A DNA stretch of 64,000 nt. Source: Minisyncoccota bacterium. GTDB taxonomy: Bacteria > Patescibacteriota > Minisyncoccia > UBA6257 > 2-01-FULL-56-20. Location of the stretch: NCBI GenBank assembly GCA_025449695.1, contig JANWIW010000030.1, forward strand, positions 1,990 through 65,989, in the 5' to 3' direction. Position numbers and translations under genes: made by a program. This document shows, one piece after another, positions 58,480-64,000 of the stretch. Below the pieces are notes generated by a model, which was not told where the DNA came from, did not search any database, and saw nothing but the letters and a program-made list of their open reading frames with translations. Each line of letters opens with the position of its first letter. The stretch's first letter is position 1.

Positions 58480-58608
58480 CTATTGGGTCTTTTCTTCCGC
58501 CTGCGACGCATTATCTTTCGGCATGGTGTGGCCGCAGCCGTCGCATTTCATCATCTCCCCTTCTTGGCGCATGACATTGCCGCACTGGGGACATTTCACT
58601 TCGTCCAT
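58480..58608 (-). CDS. 42-aa zinc-ribbon microprotein
   Basis: MDEVKCPQCGNVMRQEGEMMKCDGCGHTMPKDNASQAEEKTQ*. Confidence 0.7.
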   Translation of the reverse strand: MDEVKCPQCGNVMRQEGEMMKCDGCGHTMPKDNASQAEEKTQ

Positions 58609-58626
58609 AGTGTTCCAAGTTGATTA

Positions 58627-59034
58627 TTAGCTCGACCTTTCTCCGGTTTCCGTTTTTTCGAGATCGAGGCAGACGGAGTTGATGCAATACCGCTTGCCGC
58701 CCTTGTCCTCTGGCCCGTCGTCGAAGACATGTCCCAGATGCGCCCCGCATCTCTTGCAGGCGACCTCCGTCCGGTGCATGCCATGATCGTCGTCCGGACG
58801 GAGCTCGACGTGTTCCAGATTGGCCGGCTCGGTAAAACTCGGCCAGCCCGTGCCGGAATCGAACTTTGTCCCGGATGAGAAAAGCTCCGCACCGCAGACC
58901 GCGCAGCGGTACATGCCCCGGGCATGTTCGTCCCAGTACTTGCCTGTAAACGGAGCCTCTGTCCCCTTCCGCCGCGCCACGCCGTAAAGTTCCGGCGAAA
59001 GTTCTTCGTTCTTCTTAATGGGTTGGCTGGTCAT
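58627..59034 (-). CDS. msrB: Peptide-methionine (R)-S-oxide reductase
   Basis: [32 protein letters not shown]. Confidence 0.97.
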   Translation of the reverse strand: MTSQPIKKNEELSPELYGVARRKGTEAPFTGKYWDEHARGMYRCAVCGAELFSSGTKFDSGTGWPSFTEPANLEHVELRPDDDHGMHRTEVACKRCGAHLGHVFDDGPEDKGGKRYCINSVCLDLEKTETGERSS

Positions 59035-59127
59035 GGGGCGCTGTAGTTGTCGTAAATATTGTATCTGTTGTAATTGTTTGCGCATTGCAGTGAGAACATT
59101 ACAACAGCTACAACATTTACAACCTTG

Positions 59128-59700
59128 TTAGTTGTTATTTCTTAATAATCTTGCATACCTTTCTTTCAGCTTTTCCATCTTGGGATTAATGACCAGCTGG
59201 CAATATGGCGCGGAGGAGTTGTTGCGGTAGTAGTCGCGATGATAATCCTCGGCCGGGTAGAACTCGTTAAGAGGCGCGACTTCGGTCACGGCTTTCGGCC
59301 CACCGCCCTCCGGGCGAGCCTCGCCTATGGGCGGGTCTTCGTTCAGCTTAGCGATGAAGGCTTCCGCGGCCTTCCTTTGCGCTTCGTTCGTAAAGAGCAC
59401 CGTGGAGCGGTACTGGGTGCCCACATCCGCGCCCTGCCGGTTCAACTGAGTCGGATCGTGGCTCGCGAAAAAGACCGTGAGCAGGTCCTCATAAGAGATC
59501 TCATCCGGATCGTACTCGACCCGGATAACCTCGGCATGCCCCGTCGTACCCCCGGAAACCTGCTCATAGGTCGGGTTCGGAACCGATCCCCCGGCATAGC
59601 CCGGCATGACCGCTCGCACGCCCTTCAACTCGCTGAAGACCGCCTCGGTACACCAGAAGCAGCCTCCGCCGAACACCGCGATCTCCAGAGCCTGGGTCAT
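59128..59700 (-). CDS. msrA: Peptide-methionine (S)-S-oxide reductase
   Basis: GGGCFWC, GHAE, GTQYRS, AEDYH. Confidence 0.97.
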   Translation of the reverse strand: MTQALEIAVFGGGCFWCTEAVFSELKGVRAVMPGYAGGSVPNPTYEQVSGGTTGHAEVIRVEYDPDEISYEDLLTVFFASHDPTQLNRQGADVGTQYRSTVLFTNEAQRKAAEAFIAKLNEDPPIGEARPEGGGPKAVTEVAPLNEFYPAEDYHRDYYRNNSSAPYCQLVINPKMEKLKERYARLLRNNN

Positions 59701-59797
59701 GGGAATATCGTTCCATGATACACCATGGCCCTGGTTGACGCATGAATACACGCGAACCAGACCGGCCCGCGTTCGCATTTCTGATATAATTTCCGTC

Positions 59798-60523
59798 ATG
59801 GTCAAGCTGCTGTTCCGCCGCCTCTTTCCTCGTTCCAAGACCGATTTCCCCATCGCCTACATAGCGAACAGGTTCTTTACGACCCGTGCCGGGAAAGGGC
59901 CTGTCCTCATCATAGGTGACCATTTAAACCGGGAATATGAGTCCTTTCGGGACAAATTCCCGGAGGTCTACTCCCTGGACATCGTGCCGAATAACGGCCG
60001 GGTCAAGGAAGGATATTACATCCAGCAGTCCATCGAAGACCCCTTGAAGTTCAAAGATGGGCACTTCGGGACGATAATCATGGGCGAGGTGATCGAGAAC
60101 CTGTGGAGGGATAGGGACGCGCTCATCGAGCTGAGACGGGTCCTCTCTGATGATGGGGTGTTCCTGTTAAGCCTTGAATTCTATGCCGATGAGCCCTTGC
60201 ACTATCACATCTACTCTCCTGGGTCCATTGAACTCCTTTTGCACTACAGCGGCTTCGAGATCGAGGAAATGCGCTACAGCGGCCTTATCCCTAAGATGAT
60301 AGGTACCAAGGTGACGGGATTGATGGCAGTCCTGCTGTATCCCTTTTTGGGTAAGAATGCCCTAAAAAAATTCACCGGCTTTACGGGTTTCCTGGACGGC
60401 TTGCTTAGCCAATCAAAGTCCCTGAACGGCATATTCGAGATGTCCGCGTATGTGAAAGCTCGCAAGGCAGCGATACCCTCTCCTCTCGAACCCCAGGTGG
60501 AATATTACGAGAAGGTCTTTTAG
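59798..60523 (+). CDS. Methyltransferase type 11-like protein
   Basis: LKFKDGHF..I...EVIE, ELRRVL..DG. Confidence 0.65.
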   Translation: MVKLLFRRLFPRSKTDFPIAYIANRFFTTRAGKGPVLIIGDHLNREYESFRDKFPEVYSLDIVPNNGRVKEGYYIQQSIEDPLKFKDGHFGTIIMGEVIENLWRDRDALIELRRVLSDDGVFLLSLEFYADEPLHYHIYSPGSIELLLHYSGFEIEEMRYSGLIPKMIGTKVTGLMAVLLYPFLGKNALKKFTGFTGFLDGLLSQSKSLNGIFEMSAYVKARKAAIPSPLEPQVEYYEKVF

Positions 60524-60533
60524 CCGGTACGCG

Positions 60534-61097
60534 TCAAGCCTTTTCCGTGAACACTACGATCCGCTCGCTGTAAACCTTCTTGTCCTTCAGCCAAACGCCG
60601 CCACAGGTGATGAGGTTCAGGCGGCTCGGCGTGTCCATCGCGAAGACTTCCTCCGCTCTGGCGTCGTAGGGGTATCTTTTCTTCTCGAAGACGCGGAAGG
60701 TGACCGTCTTTCCGTCCGTATCCCGGACCTGCACCTCGTCCCCCACCTGGAGCTTGTCCAGGTCGTAGAAGACCGCTTCGGGCGTCAGCTTGGTGTCCAG
60801 ATGCCCTGCCATGACCGCGCTGCCGGGCATGCCCGGCCGGGAACCCAGCTTGTACCAGGCCACGTCGAACTGGTTGCCGGGAACGCCCATATTGCCCTTC
60901 TGGTCCAGGCCGACCGGGACCACGGGCGCATCCACCCGGATGGCCGGGATGACTATCCGCGCCGGATCGGCGTACGGCGCGACTATCTGCATGCCCGCGG
61001 GGGGCGAGATGAACGTGACCTCGTTCACGGCCAAAAGCAATGCGCCTATGGCGAAAACTATTACCAGAACCAATGCCCATTTCCAGAATGTTCTCAC
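60534..61097 (-). CDS. Class F sortase
   Basis: N-terminal TM, PG..GSAVMAGH, LNLITC, R. Confidence 0.9.
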   Translation of the reverse strand: MRTFWKWALVLVIVFAIGALLLAVNEVTFISPPAGMQIVAPYADPARIVIPAIRVDAPVVPVGLDQKGNMGVPGNQFDVAWYKLGSRPGMPGSAVMAGHLDTKLTPEAVFYDLDKLQVGDEVQVRDTDGKTVTFRVFEKKRYPYDARAEEVFAMDTPSRLNLITCGGVWLKDKKVYSERIVVFTEKA

Positions 61098-61252
61098 GCC
61101 TTAAGCCTAGGCCAAGGCGATGAATCCAAAATGAAGCGAACCGTAAGACGGTCACCCGCCCATGCGTCTAAAGAAAACTTTTAACCGGAACAGGGAGGCC
61201 CTGCCCGCTTTTTTCGCGATGATCCAATAGCCTTTAAGGCGCCAGAGAAAGG

Positions 61253-63088
61253 TCATAGGAACTCTTCTTTATAACATTGTTCGCAGTAAATGGCCTCCGG
61301 CGCCCCCGGCGGGTAGGTGGTCTCAAAACGGTTCGCGCACGGCGCATCCCCGTGAGAATGCGTAACAGTGTTCACGTAGGCATCTCCGCCGTTCTTTCCC
61401 CGGCACATGCAAGCTCGGGAATAGAGCCGGAACTCGTTTACCCATTGCAGCCGCTCGCGGTGCCGGCAGTTCGGGCAAAGCCGCGGCAGGGCGATGTGCA
61501 TGGTCCGGTAGAACTGCAGCTCTTCAGGGGTTATGCGGAAAGCGGTCGTGCATTCGTGGTCGCAGGTCCCTTTCCCCTTCGTCCCAACTTCGCTCAAACT
61601 GCGATGGGCACGCAAGGCCTCGGGAGACGCGGCGTGGGCGCAGCCGATCACCTGGTCCACGATGGAGTTCTCGACGTCCGCGATGTGGTCGGGCAGGTCT
61701 CCGGGATGCATGGAGATCTCATAAGCTCTATCCGGCGGATCGCGCCATGCCAGGCCTTCGGCGAGGACTTGTTCCCTTGTCTTCGGGTACCACTTAAGGG
61801 CGATAGTCTCGTTGTAGGCGTATGCGGATAGTTCCATAGGAAAGAACTCGCCGAACCCGTAGGTCCGGCCTTTCTTGTCCACGTACGGCATCTCGCCCAT
61901 GTGGGCCACGATCTTCTCCCGCAAGGCGTGGTACTCCTTCTCGGAATACTGCTTGTTCAGGATACAGTGCTTCTTGTTGCGAATGGTGATGCAACCGAAT
62001 AGGTTTACCGAGTTAGGGGAGAAATCGCAGTACATGATGTCCCTGGATCCCCGGCTGCCCGCCGTAAAAGCGCACCGCTGGGCCTGGGTGACCCCATAGA
62101 CCTCATAGAGCAGCTCGGAGGTGTCGCCGCCGCCTGTTACGTCATAACTGTCCTTAAGATTCAGTCCTCCAACATAGATGTACTTGCAGTTCTGCACGCC
62201 GTCCAGAGTGGAAAAGCACATCTGGCAGTCCTTGGTGGAGCGTATGACATCCCCTTTCACGTTCTGGCTGTTCAGGACATGGGCGTAGCGCCGGGGCGTG
62301 GCCAGGCAAAGGGAGCGGAACTTCTCCTTGGCCTCTTCCAGGCGCTTGTAGCTGCCCAAGTCCCAATAGGCCATCTCCTTGGCATACTCTTCTTTGGAGA
62401 GCTGTTCGTTGAACAGGCGGTATTTCTGTTTGCGCATGTTCACGCAACCGAAGCAATCCGAACACCCGACGCAATTGAAGAGGAACGACGAATCCAGACA
62501 GTCGTCCGAGAAATAGGCGTAACGCGTGCGGTATAGCCGGTCGGAGTGGACGGCCTCGTAGGCATGGTCGGAATTGTCGGTCACATAAGCGTCGAAGGAA
62601 TGCCGCGAGAAGAGCAGCGCGTCCGCGTATTGGGAGTCCTCCGAAAAGTAGCTCCAGAAGGTCAGGTAGCAGTTCTTGCAACTGCGGCATGCATGGGTGA
62701 ACTCGCTGTTCACGCAGTTGATACTCGTAAGGCCCGGCCGCGGCACCGCCTCCATGAGGTCGCGGTACTGCGCGAAAAAAGGACGGGAGAAATCGTAGTC
62801 CCGGCCGTAGTCCAGGGCATCCCACTTGTCCGACCACCAGCACTCGCGGCAATAGACCGTGAACGGCCCGCCTGGCGCGTGGATGCTGATCATGGACCGG
62901 CCGCACAGCCTGCAGGTGTCCCGGTAGAGGGTACGGTCCTCCCGCCAGGCCGAACGGCGCATGTCCCGGCAGGGCGGGCACCAGGTCGGGGCAGGCACGC
63001 CGATACTCTTATAGAACCCGATATCGGCGGGTTCGATCGTGAAGTCTTGCCCGCAGTTCGCGCATGTCCGCGTCCCGGTCTCCGTCAT
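61253..63088 (-). CDS. Large Cys-rich zinc-ribbon protein (paralog of 392..2197)
   Basis: CANC..WCPPC, CSDCFGC, YCEQCY; carries a 20-aa insertion. Confidence 0.82.
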   Translation of the reverse strand: MTETGTRTCANCGQDFTIEPADIGFYKSIGVPAPTWCPPCRDMRRSAWREDRTLYRDTCRLCGRSMISIHAPGGPFTVYCRECWWSDKWDALDYGRDYDFSRPFFAQYRDLMEAVPRPGLTSINCVNSEFTHACRSCKNCYLTFWSYFSEDSQYADALLFSRHSFDAYVTDNSDHAYEAVHSDRLYRTRYAYFSDDCLDSSFLFNCVGCSDCFGCVNMRKQKYRLFNEQLSKEEYAKEMAYWDLGSYKRLEEAKEKFRSLCLATPRRYAHVLNSQNVKGDVIRSTKDCQMCFSTLDGVQNCKYIYVGGLNLKDSYDVTGGGDTSELLYEVYGVTQAQRCAFTAGSRGSRDIMYCDFSPNSVNLFGCITIRNKKHCILNKQYSEKEYHALREKIVAHMGEMPYVDKKGRTYGFGEFFPMELSAYAYNETIALKWYPKTREQVLAEGLAWRDPPDRAYEISMHPGDLPDHIADVENSIVDQVIGCAHAASPEALRAHRSLSEVGTKGKGTCDHECTTAFRITPEELQFYRTMHIALPRLCPNCRHRERLQWVNEFRLYSRACMCRGKNGGDAYVNTVTHSHGDAPCANRFETTYPPGAPEAIYCEQCYKEEFL

Positions 63089-63122
63089 GGTCTGATTGTA
63101 GCAAGTTGCTATACTTTGCCCT

Positions 63123-64000
63123 ATGAAGCCCATCCAGATCATCGTCCCGGGCGGCCTCAATACCGATTTTGTCGCGCAAGGCGTGAGAAAGCTCGCCGGC
63201 AAGGGCGAGCTCGTGACCGGCAAGGAGCTGAAGATAGGTCCCGGCGGCAAATCGAGGAACGTGGCCCAGATGATCGCCACGCTCACAGGACCGGGGAAAG
63301 TGGCTATGATCGGCAGGACGACCAAGGACCCCTTCGGTCTTTATCGGGTGCCTATGGACGCCCTGAAAGACGCCGGGGTAAACACCGCATACGTGGAGGT
63401 GCTCGAGTTCACCGGCACTTTCCCCGGCATCGCCCTCATCCCCGTGGATGAGGAGGGTAACAACCAGATCTATCTTTTACCGGGCGTGAACAGCGGATTT
63501 TCCCCTGCCGGCATCGATGCAGCGGAGAAGCTCTTCCAAGCGGCGGGGAGCTCGGGCATGCTGGCCCTTTCCCTGGAATTACCGATCGAGACGGCGCTCC
63601 GTGCTATGGACCAGGCTGTGAAACACGGCCTCCGGATCATCCTTGACCCGGGCGGCATCGAGCCCGGCGCGGATCATGGACGCCTCCTTAGCAAGGATAT
63701 CTTCCTCCTCAAACCGAACGAGTACGAAGCCGAAATATTGAGCGGCGTTACCGTTACGGATCTCAAAAGCGCTGGAAAGGCGGCTTCCCTTCTCATGCAA
63801 AAAGGCCCGCAAAACGTCCTGATCACGGCCGGGGTAGATGGCGCTTATCTTTTCACGCCGGAAGCGGGACAGCACATCCCGGTCCCGGACATCGCTTCCA
63901 GCTCGGGCGAAAAAGATGAGACTGGCTGTGGCGACCAGGCCATGGCCGCCATCTGCGCCATGATCGCGGAGGGCAAAGATGTCGCGGAGGCCGCGAGGCT
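63123..64000 (+). CDS. PfkB/ribokinase family carbohydrate kinase (runs off window end)
   Basis: Manual translation: GPGGKSRNVAQ, KPNEYEA, DETGCGD. Confidence 0.88.
   Translation, partial: MKPIQIIVPGGLNTDFVAQGVRKLAGKGELVTGKELKIGPGGKSRNVAQMIATLTGPGKVAMIGRTTKDPFGLYRVPMDALKDAGVNTAYVEVLEFTGTFPGIALIPVDEEGNNQIYLLPGVNSGFSPAGIDAAEKLFQAAGSSGMLALSLELPIETALRAMDQAVKHGLRIILDPGGIEPGADHGRLLSKDIFLLKPNEYEAEILSGVTVTDLKSAGKAASLLMQKGPQNVLITAGVDGAYLFTPEAGQHIPVPDIASSSGEKDETGCGDQAMAAICAMIAEGKDVAEAAR

Noticed and set aside
1-64000. Recoded TGA (genetic code 25)
   Set aside because: Conserved genes are full length under code 11, and several end at TGA (hpf, fmt, the SDR).

Overview
This is a chromosomal window from a bacterium using genetic code 11. 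The gene content points to Patescibacteria/CPR, probably Parcubacteria (inference from three large Cys-rich zinc-ribbon paralogs, a trigger factor lacking the PPIase domain, class F sortases and GTCAT..ATGAC palindromic repeats). Housekeeping genes include pepA, murD, murB, secA, hpf, rpmA, rplI, def, fmt, tig, mscL, msrA, msrB and tRNA-Gln(TTG), mixed with many orphan genes. The most notable signals are: (1) an AT-richer region downstream of tRNA-Gln, cut into 1-3 gene units by four copies of a 14-bp site that mirrors the tRNA 3' end, with repeated decayed coding fragments but no integrase in the window; (2) a promoter- and terminator-bounded rod-shaped ncRNA, a 6S RNA candidate; (3) an unannotated 20-aa Lys-rich ORF with a structured leader upstream of hpf-secA; (4) palindromic repeats inserted in-frame in two proteins; (5) a TTCAT-N6-TTCAT box that may define an OmpR-family regulon; (6) contrasting near-leaderless and SD-led gene architectures. 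All family calls come from motif recognition by eye, and no database searches were run.
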